Assembly (NCBI GenBank): GCA_963790025.1
Contig: CAWBMP010000002.1
Span: forward strand, 32,001 to 96,000
Origin: Nitrospirota bacterium
Lineage (GTDB): Bacteria > Nitrospirota > Thermodesulfovibrionia > Thermodesulfovibrionales > Dissulfurispiraceae
Length of the DNA stretch: 64,000 nucleotides
Direction: 5' to 3'
The notes below the pieces were generated by a model. It was not told where the DNA came from. It searched no databases and was given only the letters and a program-made list of their open reading frames with translations. The position numbers and the translations under genes were made by a program. Positions 31,448 through 40,798 of this stretch are shown one piece after another (the first letter of the stretch is position 1; each line of letters begins with the position of its first letter).

Positions 31448-32449
31448 ATGAGTAGACAGGCAAGCAAGACGCTCATCGGCGCTTTTATCCTGGGCGCTTT
31501 GGTTCTCGTCGTTGCGGGTGTAGTCGTTTTTGGTTCAGGCAAGTTCTTAAGAAAGGTCAATAAGGACGTGATGTTCTTCGAGGGCTCGGTGAAAGGGCTC
31601 CAGATCGGGGCGCCGGTTGTGTTCCGCGGTGTCCAGATAGGGCACGTGACCAATATCCTCCTGGAGGTCAATGCAAGAAACCTAACCGCTTTCGTACCGG
31701 TTTACACGGAAATCTACCCTCAAAAAATCGTGCCGATAGGGGAGAATCTCAGCTATGACCCGCGGTATCTTCAGGCTTTGATAGATAAAGGCCTGCGAGC
31801 CCAACTCCAGCTGCAGAGTTTTGTTACCGGGCAACTCATGGTCAATCTTGATTTCTATCCAAATACCCCAATAAGGCTTGTGGGCCTCGAAAAGAAGTAT
31901 CATGAAATCCCGACAATTCCTTCGGGTCTGGAGCAACTGACAAAAAGATTAGAGGAGTTGCCGCTGAGGGAGATCGCCGACAGACTAAATGAAACCCTTG
32001 CGGGAATAAACAGGCTCGTCAATTCCCGTGACCTGCAGGCAAGCATCGGCTCGCTGGCTAAGATGCTCAAAGACAGTGATGCGCTTGTGAAGAATCTTAA
32101 TGCCGAAGTCGGACCTCTGGCTGCAAATATAAAGGGAACAACAGCTGCCGCCCGGTCGGCCTTTGTGCAGGCCGAAAAAACACTCAGATTTGACGAAGGC
32201 GCACCCGGGCAGATCGCATCGGGCATCAAAGAAACTCTGTCATCAGCCGACGCTACTTTGAAAGAAACTCGCAGAGCCGTCGAAAATATTAACGTGGTTG
32301 CTGTGCAGAATGCAAATCTCGGATATGATATAAGCAGGACGCTTGAACAGATCGCTGAGCTCTCCCGTTCCATCCGTGTTCTGGCGGATTACCTTGAACG
32401 CCACCCTGAAGCATTGCTTAGAGGGAAGAGCCCTGCTAAAGGAAACTGA
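31448..32449 (+). CDS. MlaD/MCE (PqiB-like) protein with helical tail
   Basis: SVKGLQIGAPVVFRGVQIGHV; LERHPEALLRGK. Confidence 0.88.
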   Translation: MSRQASKTLIGAFILGALVLVVAGVVVFGSGKFLRKVNKDVMFFEGSVKGLQIGAPVVFRGVQIGHVTNILLEVNARNLTAFVPVYTEIYPQKIVPIGENLSYDPRYLQALIDKGLRAQLQLQSFVTGQLMVNLDFYPNTPIRLVGLEKKYHEIPTIPSGLEQLTKRLEELPLREIADRLNETLAGINRLVNSRDLQASIGSLAKMLKDSDALVKNLNAEVGPLAANIKGTTAAARSAFVQAEKTLRFDEGAPGQIASGIKETLSSADATLKETRRAVENINVVAVQNANLGYDISRTLEQIAELSRSIRVLADYLERHPEALLRGKSPAKGN

Positions 32450-32450
32450 T

Positions 32451-33095
32451 ATGAGAACTATTCGTTTGGATCAGCTTTCGCTCTTTGCTCTCGCATTGTT
32501 CGTGGTGAGTCTGACCGGATGTGCTACTTCTCCATCGTCGAAGTTCTATCAGTTAACCCCGGTGCAGAGCAGGACTTCGGTCGCCCGTGATGAGTCAACC
32601 TGCCAGAACCCGGTTATTGCCATAGGTCCTGTTCGCATACCCGACTATCTTGACCGGCCTCAGATAGTGACCCGCTCCGGCAAGAATGAACTCAAACTCT
32701 CGGAATTTGACCGATGGGCTGGTTCTCTTGAGAGCGATGTCAGTCGTGTCCTCGTAGAGGACATCTCCAGCGTTATGCCTGCTGATCGTTTTTCCGTCGT
32801 GCGCTGGGCACCTTACCTGGAGAGTCAACTGCCTGCTTCATACAGAGTCGAAGTGCTTGTGGATCGATTTGAAGGAACACCTGGTGATTCAGTGCTGTTG
32901 AAGGCCCAATGGGGAGTATTCGACGCTAACAGAAGTTTGCTTCTTAAAAGGGAATCGCTGATCAGAGAGCAGATAAATGGCAGTAGTTATGATGCGCTCG
33001 TTGCCGCGATGAGTAGTGCTCTTGAGAGGATGAGCCGGGACATCGCTGGTGGGATCGGGTCTGTTTTCCAGAAGGAGCAAACGGGGGATATATGA
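32451..33095 (+). CDS. PqiC-like ABC auxiliary lipoprotein
   Basis: LTGC lipobox; IPDYLDRPQIV; DRWAG. Confidence 0.85.
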   Translation: MRTIRLDQLSLFALALFVVSLTGCATSPSSKFYQLTPVQSRTSVARDESTCQNPVIAIGPVRIPDYLDRPQIVTRSGKNELKLSEFDRWAGSLESDVSRVLVEDISSVMPADRFSVVRWAPYLESQLPASYRVEVLVDRFEGTPGDSVLLKAQWGVFDANRSLLLKRESLIREQINGSSYDALVAAMSSALERMSRDIAGGIGSVFQKEQTGDI

Positions 33096-33224
33096 CTCTT
33101 AATCTGTCGTCGAGAACATGGACTATCATTGCAAGTTAAAATTCTTATACTTTTCTTCGAACTGACTTCTCCCTGATATTCGGGAGACTTTTTTCTATAA
33201 TGTACTGACAGGACATAGCTACTA

Positions 33225-34385
33225 ATGAAAAAAAGAGATCATAAAGATTTTCCGGCAAAAGTATCTCGCGGAAAATGGGCGTCGTACACAGTGGATGATA
33301 TTGAAGAGATCATTGCATTTTATTTCGGGGCTAAGAGCGGGCCTGAATCAAGACAGACTTTTTCTCAGCCGGACCTGGCTATATACTCAGTGACGCTGGA
33401 AGGCAAATTTACCGATATAAGCCAGTCAGGAGTCAATATGTTAGGTTATGCTTCGAAAGAAGAGATTCTGAAGAGCGGCGAAGCAAGAGCTATTTTTTTG
33501 AACGAAAGAGATGGAGAAAAAATCAAAGAGCTTATTGAAACACAAGGTTATGTTAAAGATTGCGAAGTAATGATGAAGAAAAAAAATGGAGAATTATTGA
33601 ATATTCTTGTAACCGGGACGGCCCTCCATGATGAAACGGGAAAGATTTATGCCTACCGCGGCGTAATCCGGGATATAACACCTCAGAGGCGGCTTGAAAA
33701 ATTCACTCAGGCGCTTGAGACCATTGTGGCTGAACGAACCATGAGCATCATGGCGCTGACCCTTGCAGATAAGGTCAGAAATCCCGCTATCGTAATCGGG
33801 TTGTTGAGTAAGAAGATGCTGGACAGGGAGATGCCGGGTGATTTGAAAGAATCACTTCTGGACATCAAGACCGAAGCCGGGAAACTCGAAGAGATAGTAA
33901 GAGAATTTCAGAGCATACTCAGGGACAGGCGCTCCGTTTTTGTGTACGAGGACGTAAATGCAAGTTTAAAAAGCCTCATTCCCATTATTGAAAAGGAAGT
34001 GGACCGAAAAGGGATAAGGCTTTTTGTCGAAATTCCGGAGAAGCCCCTTAAAATAAATATGCAAAAGGATTTATGGAGTGTGGCTCTCCTGCAAGTCGGC
34101 AAAAACGCAATCGAAGCAACTCCATCAGGAGGGGAGATAACCATAGCAACATATCAAGAGAATGACAATATACTAATTTCCGTGTTGGATACGGGCCAAG
34201 GCATTCCTGAGGATGAGATCGAAAAAATATTCGATCCCCTTTTCACTACGAAGATGCACCGGTACGGAATGGGACTGCCTTTAGTGAAGCAGATAATCTC
34301 AGAACACATGGGTACGGTACAAGTAGAAAGCAACAAAGGCTATGGGACCACGTTTCGCTTGGTTTTCCCTGCGAGATGGCGATAG
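33225..34385 (+). CDS. PAS-domain histidine kinase-like protein lacking the phospho-His
   Basis: PAS domain; H-box reads LADKVRNP; N, G1, F and G2 boxes intact (NAIEA, DTGQGI, FDPLFTTK, GMGL). Confidence 0.85.
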   Translation: MKKRDHKDFPAKVSRGKWASYTVDDIEEIIAFYFGAKSGPESRQTFSQPDLAIYSVTLEGKFTDISQSGVNMLGYASKEEILKSGEARAIFLNERDGEKIKELIETQGYVKDCEVMMKKKNGELLNILVTGTALHDETGKIYAYRGVIRDITPQRRLEKFTQALETIVAERTMSIMALTLADKVRNPAIVIGLLSKKMLDREMPGDLKESLLDIKTEAGKLEEIVREFQSILRDRRSVFVYEDVNASLKSLIPIIEKEVDRKGIRLFVEIPEKPLKINMQKDLWSVALLQVGKNAIEATPSGGEITIATYQENDNILISVLDTGQGIPEDEIEKIFDPLFTTKMHRYGMGLPLVKQIISEHMGTVQVESNKGYGTTFRLVFPARWR

Positions 34386-34438
34386 CGGTCAAATTCAGGG
34401 CTGAGTGGGAAAATCCACACAGCAAGGGGGTAAGGCAA

Positions 34439-34732
34439 ATGAACTCAGATTGCAGGCTCAGCGCTAATGACATCATAAAGGTGCTGGAAGCCCATGGGGT
34501 ATTGCCAGAGAGCACGCTGTTAGATGAGATTCAAGGACTTTTATCACTTTATGATGATATTTTACGGAAACGTCTCGGGGATATCCCCGTCTCATTCAAC
34601 AGGAAAAAAGCCCTGTTGGCTCTTCTCGAAGAGGGGCTCATGCAGGAGGGCTTCATTCCCAATAATCAGCCGAAGCAATTTGAAATTCCTGAGATAGAGG
34701 AACTCTTGAAGAAGGTGCGACTCAAAAGCTAA
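34439..34732 (+). CDS. hypothetical protein
   Basis: 97 aa ORF immediately after the kinase, same strand. Confidence 0.55.
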   Translation: MNSDCRLSANDIIKVLEAHGVLPESTLLDEIQGLLSLYDDILRKRLGDIPVSFNRKKALLALLEEGLMQEGFIPNNQPKQFEIPEIEELLKKVRLKS

Positions 34733-34834
34733 CTAAGGATAAACAAGAATCGGGAAACCAACTAAGGTGCTCTTTTAAAGTGTGTACTAAGATAATCTGG
34801 AAATGAGTGAAATAACGTGGAGACATAGAAAAAT

Positions 34835-36154
34835 ATGCTTGATTTTTATCCGCATGATTTAGTCGAAATACTTCTCGAAAAATGGAATGCTGGAGAATCG
34901 GACAAATTGCCGAACCCGGACGTATTGAATCAGCTTGTTTCCACATGTTACCAGACCAGTATAATGGCAGAAGAGGAAAGATCCTTGAGGTTCAGACTTA
35001 TTTTGATAGACCCGGAAACGCTTTCGACCGAGGATGGACCGCCGGATGGTCTTCACAGGTTAATTTTTGATGAGCCTCGCGCCTTCAGCCAGTATGAGTT
35101 GCGGAAATTGGCGCCTGCTGTGGATTTTTACGGTTCATTGATCGGCGTTAAATTGAATGCCGCAGGGGCACTGCAGATTTGGGGCATTGTACACTCAGGC
35201 CAGCGGTGGATACAGGCGATAAGGGGGGGAAGTCTCGGATATTCGCCGCTGCCTCCTTCGCTTATTTTGTATGTAGTACGAGCCGGCCACATAGTTGTGT
35301 GCAGGGGCTCGGAAATGATCGCTATGCTGAGTGATGGAAGGATTCTGACTCCGTCTAAAAGCGTGTTGAACTCAAGTTGGTTTAGGGAGAGCGTCGGTGA
35401 GGGGACAATGAGCCTCTGGAATCTCCATGATGCTGCGCGGTCAAAAGCGAAGGAACCCTGGGCTTTGCTTGAACGGAATTTTCAGCATTTGATTGGGCGG
35501 CAGATTATAAAACGGATAATCAGTATAGTACGCAATTCTCACCACGGCGGTACTTTAATCTCTCTGTCATCGGAAAGAAGACAGGAGGCCTGTTCGCCGA
35601 ATAATTACTTGAACATCAAGTACCTGTTTAAGGAGGAAGAGCCGCGGAACAGGTTTCGCACACTGCTTCTCAAAATCATGAACACACTTGCGGAGAGCTA
35701 CGGAGACTCGGGTCAGCCTGATCGGATTGTGGGCTGGAAGGAATATATTATCAGCAAAAATGATGTTCTGAGGCAGCTCGATGAGGCTGTCTTTGAATAC
35801 GCCCATTTCATCGCCGGTCTTACTGCTGTTGATGGAGTTGTCGTATTGACGCAACGACAGGAACTCCTCGGTTTCGGGGGAGTCATATTGGGTCCTTCAG
35901 ATAAGATGAAAATAGCACGAGCATTGGATCCTCAGGGTGATAATACAGTATTGGAATCGATGGACAACGTAGGTATGAGGCATAGGGCGGTTTATCACCT
36001 TTGCAATGAGTTGCACGATGCCTTGGCAGTGATTATATCCCAGGATGGAGATGTCGATGTGGTAAAGTGGAAAAGCGGAATTGTCACATGTTGGAATGTT
36101 TTACCGTATCCGCATTTTACTGAAGATTCATCCGCTTGTGAATGGCTGTCGTAG
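34835..36154 (+). CDS. diadenylate cyclase (DisA_N/DAC) domain protein with N-terminal putative sensor domain (DACNV-like)
   Basis: C-terminal VDGVV and GMRHRA equal the DAC DGA/RHR motifs; HGGTL; IISQDG. Confidence 0.8.
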   Translation: MLDFYPHDLVEILLEKWNAGESDKLPNPDVLNQLVSTCYQTSIMAEEERSLRFRLILIDPETLSTEDGPPDGLHRLIFDEPRAFSQYELRKLAPAVDFYGSLIGVKLNAAGALQIWGIVHSGQRWIQAIRGGSLGYSPLPPSLILYVVRAGHIVVCRGSEMIAMLSDGRILTPSKSVLNSSWFRESVGEGTMSLWNLHDAARSKAKEPWALLERNFQHLIGRQIIKRIISIVRNSHHGGTLISLSSERRQEACSPNNYLNIKYLFKEEEPRNRFRTLLLKIMNTLAESYGDSGQPDRIVGWKEYIISKNDVLRQLDEAVFEYAHFIAGLTAVDGVVVLTQRQELLGFGGVILGPSDKMKIARALDPQGDNTVLESMDNVGMRHRAVYHLCNELHDALAVIISQDGDVDVVKWKSGIVTCWNVLPYPHFTEDSSACEWLS

Positions 36155-36437
36155 ATAATTTTACCACGTTGGCAAACTGAATAAAGTACATATAAGAGAG
36201 ATCTATGAGGGCAAGAAAACAAATAGCTCGGCAGCAATTATTAACTGTACTACACAAGTGCCCGCGAGTAATTCCTGTTGAAACAAAGGGTCTTTATTGT
36301 GATGGCCACACTCTCAACCAGTATAAGTAGCAAGTGATAACAAGGAGTTACATTCAGAAGTGTAACAATATGGGCTGTAACAAACGCCCTGTGGTTTTCC
36401 AAGCGGATCTAATTCTGGTGGTACTCTTTTAGCTGAG

Positions 36438-36468
36438 TTCCCGTTGTAGCGGGTCCAGCCATAACGGT
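36438..36468. repeat. palindromic element; inverted copy of 52507-52537
   Basis: TTCCCGTTGTAGCGGGTCCAGCCATAACGGT versus reverse complement TTCCCGTTATGGCGGGACCAGCCATAACGGT. Confidence 0.6.
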
Positions 36469-36518
36469 GGTCTGTCTTCTGATGAGATGAATTATCTTTT
36501 TGTGCCTCCTACACCGTC

Positions 36519-36806
36519 TATCGGCCCGACTGCCCTTTCATCTTTATATCAACTGACTCAAGGAATTCAGAGAATTCCTGCTCAGATGCCCCCGGCAACC
36601 TCCTGCACATCTCCTCAATAGCCACTCCATTCCTGAACCCCTTCCTTTATCTGCCGCAGCCCATCAATCACTTCTCTCTCTGGTGTCCCCCGCCTGATCA
36701 GTTCTCTTCCCATATCTGCAATTGTCATTCTCCGATTTATGGCTACTTCATCGAGACTTTCATACTCATCCTCTGTGAGCCGGATACTTATTACTTTTGT
36801 TCGCAT
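36519..36806 (-). pseudogene. RHH (TrwA/MobC-like) gene with a 59-bp frameshifting deletion
   Basis: colinear with 59880-60224; deletion between two TCCTGA hexamers. Confidence 0.85.
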
Positions 36807-36986
36807 AACATACCTCCTTTTTTACAGAGCATGAATGCGAGGCATGGCTGATTTTTGTAATCGGACGTAAACGCCGAAGGAATGATTTATCACATCGGGT
36901 CGGCAGTCAGTAGTGATTACATACTGTGGCAGGCAGGAAGCGCCGGAACTGGCAAGGGAAGTTGCGTTGGGTGTGAATGGTACCAG
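36807..36986. other. putative oriT, copy in element A
   Basis: similar to 60225-60404; GCAA-GGGAAG-TTGCGTTGGGTGTG resembles the F nic region TTTGCGTGGGGTGT^GG. Confidence 0.65.
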
Positions 36987-37051
36987 TGGCTGTTAGTCCT
37001 TTTTAATCAGAGTTTTTTCAGGCACAGGCATACTTCAAAATAAATATCAGC

Positions 37052-37369
37052 TTAAATCTTTATGCCATGGCGCTTGATCTCGGCAGCAAGAGGATATTCT
37101 TCGATAAAATCCTGCGGCCTGAATGTAACCGGTTCAATGTTCAAATCGACCTTTGCTCTCAAACGGGCTACACGCAACCCGTCCTCAAATCTGTTTCCCG
37201 AGAAATCGTCAGAGATAATTGCTACATCTATATCACTGTCTATTGTTTCCGTATTGCGGGCATATGATCCGTAAAGGTATACTGCCCTGACTTTAATGCC
37301 ACTGGAACTTACCAGCGACTTATATTTCTTTACTAAATCTTTGATATTTTTTCTGACAGCCATGTGCAA
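37052..37369 (-). CDS. minimal nucleotidyltransferase (MNT)
   Basis: YLYGSYARN...DSDIDVAII. Confidence 0.88.
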   Translation of the reverse strand: MHMAVRKNIKDLVKKYKSLVSSSGIKVRAVYLYGSYARNTETIDSDIDVAIISDDFSGNRFEDGLRVARLRAKVDLNIEPVTFRPQDFIEEYPLAAEIKRHGIKI

Positions 37370-37372
37370 GTA

Positions 37373-38026
37373 TCAAGCCCCTTGTTTTTGAAACAGGTCC
37401 CATCCCCCGGTGTTTTCATAATAACGGCGGCCTGCCTGGACAAGCTTCTTTGCAACTGTTTCAGGCTTTGCCGTAAGTCTGTATTTTATTTTTGCTGCAT
37501 CTGCAAGTTTGAACAACTCTTTTTTATGTTTGACCAGGCGTGTTACTTCGAATTTCATTTGTTCTTCATCCAGGCCTCCCAGTGTTCGCACCTGCTCAAG
37601 CAGCCCCAACTCATCGTCGGCGCTCAAGTCGAGCACCGATTTCTTGGGAGGCATTCTGAGGATATGTAGAGCCTCTTCGATTTTGCCGGACTCTACAATT
37701 TTCTTAAATACTTTGGCTAGGTATGTCGCAGGTGTGTCGCTTTTGGATTTAGCAGTTTTTTTGCCCAAAGCCTTTAGCGAAAAATTTGCCGTACCTGAAA
37801 AAGAGTCTTCTGACAGAGGGAAAGAGGTTTGAAGGAGCATCTTCAGGTCCGCCGCCTTCGGAGTCAGTCCCTGCCTCACCGATTCCAAGGCCTGATCGAA
37901 ACGGTCCAGCGCCTTGGCAAAACGGTCCGCTTCTTTAATAAAGCGGCTGTCGTCGAGTTCATCCGCATGCTTCCTGATCGTTTCGGCTGCCCGGGATAAT
38001 TGTTCGGCAAGGCTTAGCATGCCCAT
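37373..38026 (-). CDS. hypothetical protein coupled to parA
   Basis: GAGGAGG RBS inside the parA end; overlaps the parA stop; 217 aa, predicted helical. Confidence 0.75.
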   Translation of the reverse strand: MGMLSLAEQLSRAAETIRKHADELDDSRFIKEADRFAKALDRFDQALESVRQGLTPKAADLKMLLQTSFPLSEDSFSGTANFSLKALGKKTAKSKSDTPATYLAKVFKKIVESGKIEEALHILRMPPKKSVLDLSADDELGLLEQVRTLGGLDEEQMKFEVTRLVKHKKELFKLADAAKIKYRLTAKPETVAKKLVQAGRRYYENTGGWDLFQKQGA

Positions 38027-38925
38027 ATAACCTCCTCGATGTGATTTATAAAAGAGTCGGTCAGTTTAAAATAGTCATAAGACCCTATGCTCTTTTCACT
38101 GTAAATAATAACAGGTTGGTGAAGATTGGAACATTCCGCTATCTTCACGCAGTCCCGGATGTAGGGTGTAAGCACAGCGGCGCACTGGTGGATTAGTTTC
38201 TGTGTCTTCAGATTCCTCATTTCGAGCTTCAGTTCGTTTATGCTCTGATCGAAAACATTCCCTATTGAGCGATAGCGATTGATGATGACCGCCACAATGC
38301 GGGGATTGAGCTTCTTTCCCTGATAGCCGTTCACCTGGTACTGAAAACTTTTCACCATCTTGCTGAAAAGACGAAAACCTGAAAGGGAGAGAAAATCCGG
38401 TAAATAGGGGACAACATAGGCATCGGCAAAATAGAGGGCGTTCTTGGATATGTTATAAATATTGGGCGGACAGTCGATAAGCACGTAGTCATACTCCTTC
38501 ACTGCATCTTTAAGCCCCTCGAACATGGCAGCATAGTACGGGGTGTCATGCAAGCCGGAAAGACGCTCCTCGGTCTCCATAAGACTTATTGAAGAAGGAA
38601 GCAGATCCAGATGTGAGATATATGGGAACCCTTCATCAGAAATAGGAACGCCCCTGATCACTGCGCTGTTAAAATCGAAACTCCTCGTACCGCTAATATG
38701 ATCTGCAAAGACCTGGTAAACAGTTAGGGAAGGGTCTTCCAGCCGCTTGGAAAGATGTCTCCGCTTGAGCAGCCAAAACGTGGCATTGCACTGAGCGTCA
38801 ATGTCTACAATCAGAACCTTTTTCCTGTGATATTTAGCAAGGCAAGCGCCGATGTTCACCACGTTAGCGGTCTTGCCAACTCCTCCCTTAAAATTGATGA
38901 ATGCTACGATCCAGGGTTTCTTCAT
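38014..38925 (-). CDS. ParA/Soj family ATPase
   Basis: KGGVGKT deviant Walker A; DIDAQCNAT; IDCPP. Confidence 0.9.
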   Translation of the reverse strand: MKKPWIVAFINFKGGVGKTANVVNIGACLAKYHRKKVLIVDIDAQCNATFWLLKRRHLSKRLEDPSLTVYQVFADHISGTRSFDFNSAVIRGVPISDEGFPYISHLDLLPSSISLMETEERLSGLHDTPYYAAMFEGLKDAVKEYDYVLIDCPPNIYNISKNALYFADAYVVPYLPDFLSLSGFRLFSKMVKSFQYQVNGYQGKKLNPRIVAVIINRYRSIGNVFDQSINELKLEMRNLKTQKLIHQCAAVLTPYIRDCVKIAECSNLHQPVIIYSEKSIGSYDYFKLTDSFINHIEEVIWAC

Positions 38926-39019
38926 AAGTATTAGGGTAGAGCAATTATCCGGCAATCCAGCGCCCGTCTTCTTCTCTCTCGATTTCTATCTTCATTTTCA
39001 TAAGCTCCGCCATTCTCTT

Positions 39020-39292
39020 TCATTTATGAGACTCCACCAAACGTCCTGATATGTATTTATGTAACACGCTTGAAACCAGACTCTGATATGGCATCCCTTC
39101 CTCTAAAGCCTTTGCTTTTAAGGATTCCAGGTCTCTCTTTGCAATACGGATATTCATCCTCTGATCTTTCAGCATTGTAGCTTTAGCAGCAGCCCGCAGC
39201 TTCTTTTTGAGAGCCGCACTGTCTTTCATCGGTTTCCATTCATCTTTTTCTATCTCTTCAACAAGTTTCTTTTCCTCTTTATCTCTTGCCAT
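39020..39292 (-). CDS. BrnA/CopG-like antitoxin
   Basis: RMNIRI...KALEEGMPYQSLVSSVLHKY RHH motif. Confidence 0.85.
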   Translation of the reverse strand: MARDKEEKKLVEEIEKDEWKPMKDSAALKKKLRAAAKATMLKDQRMNIRIAKRDLESLKAKALEEGMPYQSLVSSVLHKYISGRLVESHK

Positions 39293-39294
39293 AA

Positions 39295-39573
39295 TTACCT
39301 CCTTTTGTCTCCCAGATAGCGTTCGGTATACTTCCTGCTGGGATAAATTGTTTTCAGAAAAAACTCATCTTCTTTTATTACCGTCGGAACAGCATATACA
39401 TACTCATTTATTGACACCAAAATCAATACCTGATTCGGATATCTCTCTTTATTGGGATGATCCAGAATATCGACTAAATTATCTGAATCAATAGCAACAA
39501 GAACTTGCTCAAACGATATATTTCTGTTCTTTTTTAACTCCTCGTTCTTTTTGTTATCCCAATTGAATATCAT
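39295..39573 (-). CDS. BrnT-like toxin
   Basis: FNWDNKKNEELKKNRNISFE...LKTIYPSRK. Confidence 0.85.
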   Translation of the reverse strand: MIFNWDNKKNEELKKNRNISFEQVLVAIDSDNLVDILDHPNKERYPNQVLILVSINEYVYAVPTVIKEDEFFLKTIYPSRKYTERYLGDKRR

Positions 39574-39626
39574 AAATTACAATATATCAATGTATGCCTT
39601 TTGTCAATACATCGATGTGCCGGTTC

Positions 39627-39786
39627 GGAGACAGGTTGGAGACGTGTTTTCTGGGAATAATATCTTTATTTATCAAGGAGATGAAAAACGGAGGGGGTGA
39701 GATTCGAATAGACCCCCCATTCTCGTATCTATTTGATTTTTTAAGGTTATTATGGCTCTCACAATCTTGGGAGACGGACGGGAGAC
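39627..39786 (-). repeat. att site 2 (junction of A and B): arm-core-arm
   Basis: core at 39689-39708; GGAGAC pairs at 39627/39638 and 39770/39781, 11-bp period. Confidence 0.85.
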
Positions 39787-39805
39787 GGATTGGATTTGCT
39801 ATCTT

Positions 39806-40165
39806 TCAGTCTTTCGAACTTTTGCGGTCCTTATGCGATGGAAGCGTGCCCTTCAACAGGCGTTCCTCATATGAGTCTTCTTTCCTGCACCGGTTAATTA
39901 TGGTCGTTTCCTCAAGCGGTGCCCCCATTGTCCAGTAAACCAGTCCGCCATCGTCATAGTAGGTAATGCTTTTCTGATAGAACTTTCCCTCGTATCCGTT
40001 GGCTCGAATGTGGCAAACCAGCAGTACAAAGAGGTTCTCATCTACCAGCTCTCGAACGATATACTCGTGGGGCCATTCTAGCATCGTCTTGGCAAACGTC
40101 CATTGTGAGGAGTCAATGAACTCACGCAGAGCCTTTGTCAACCGAATGGAATTCCCCTTGTTCAA
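39806..40165 (-). CDS. hypothetical protein
   Basis: WTFAKTM..WPHEY...YWTMG looks like a conserved core; start uncertain (TTG at 40165). Confidence 0.65.
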   Translation of the reverse strand: MNKGNSIRLTKALREFIDSSQWTFAKTMLEWPHEYIVRELVDENLFVLLVCHIRANGYEGKFYQKSITYYDDGGLVYWTMGAPLEETTIINRCRKEDSYEERLLKGTLPSHKDRKSSKD

Positions 40166-40184
40166 GCTCCCCCTTTTCTCAATC

Positions 40185-40769
40185 CTATATGTCCAGCCTG
40201 TCAGGGAGCCGGTGGAGTGTATGAATACACTTATTACAAGCCACAATGACTGGCTCGGTTTCCCATCGTGGCGCAAGCATCGTCCCTTTATCTGGAATAT
40301 CGCAGAAAGGCGATGGTTGTTGGTAGAGCCAGTTCATTATTGAAGCCTCAAGCCGTTCAAGGATGCGCGGCTGATTTCCGATATCGGAGACGAAAATACG
40401 GAACCCTTCGAGTTGCCTATTGGCCGCGTCAAGGATCATGGTTTTCCTCTTCTCAAATTCTGTGCGCTTCTCTGGAGACCAGCCCCATCCGTGCCATATT
40501 TCCTCTCGTCTACCTTGTTTCATAGCAGCGATATCAAGAACGGTATAGTCCCCACTCATATACTTGATAGTGTGCTCTCGGAAACGAATTGGGACTGGAC
40601 GCCGGGTAATTCCAGCCGCATAGATCAGGTAACCGTTCAGATATTCAACAGTCATCAGGTAAGCTCCGGGATGTTTTGGAATAGATGGCAACTTCGTTGT
40701 GGTCTCGAACTTCGGCCACGCATAAGGGCCAGTCCATACAACATCTATGACGCATTTATCAGACATCAT
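40185..40769 (-). CDS. GIY-YIG-like nuclease domain protein
   Basis: PGAYL...IYAAGIT...RFREH...LE pattern. Confidence 0.55.
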   Translation of the reverse strand: MMSDKCVIDVVWTGPYAWPKFETTTKLPSIPKHPGAYLMTVEYLNGYLIYAAGITRRPVPIRFREHTIKYMSGDYTVLDIAAMKQGRREEIWHGWGWSPEKRTEFEKRKTMILDAANRQLEGFRIFVSDIGNQPRILERLEASIMNWLYQQPSPFCDIPDKGTMLAPRWETEPVIVACNKCIHTLHRLPDRLDI

Positions 40770-40798
40770 CCGTTATCCATCTTCTCCGAACCTGGAGT

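Larger units (their letters stand above)
5992..39708. mobile_element. integrative element A (decayed)
   Basis: bounded by att cores; contains an integrase remnant (12390), an RHH remnant and oriT (36519-36986). Confidence 0.7.
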
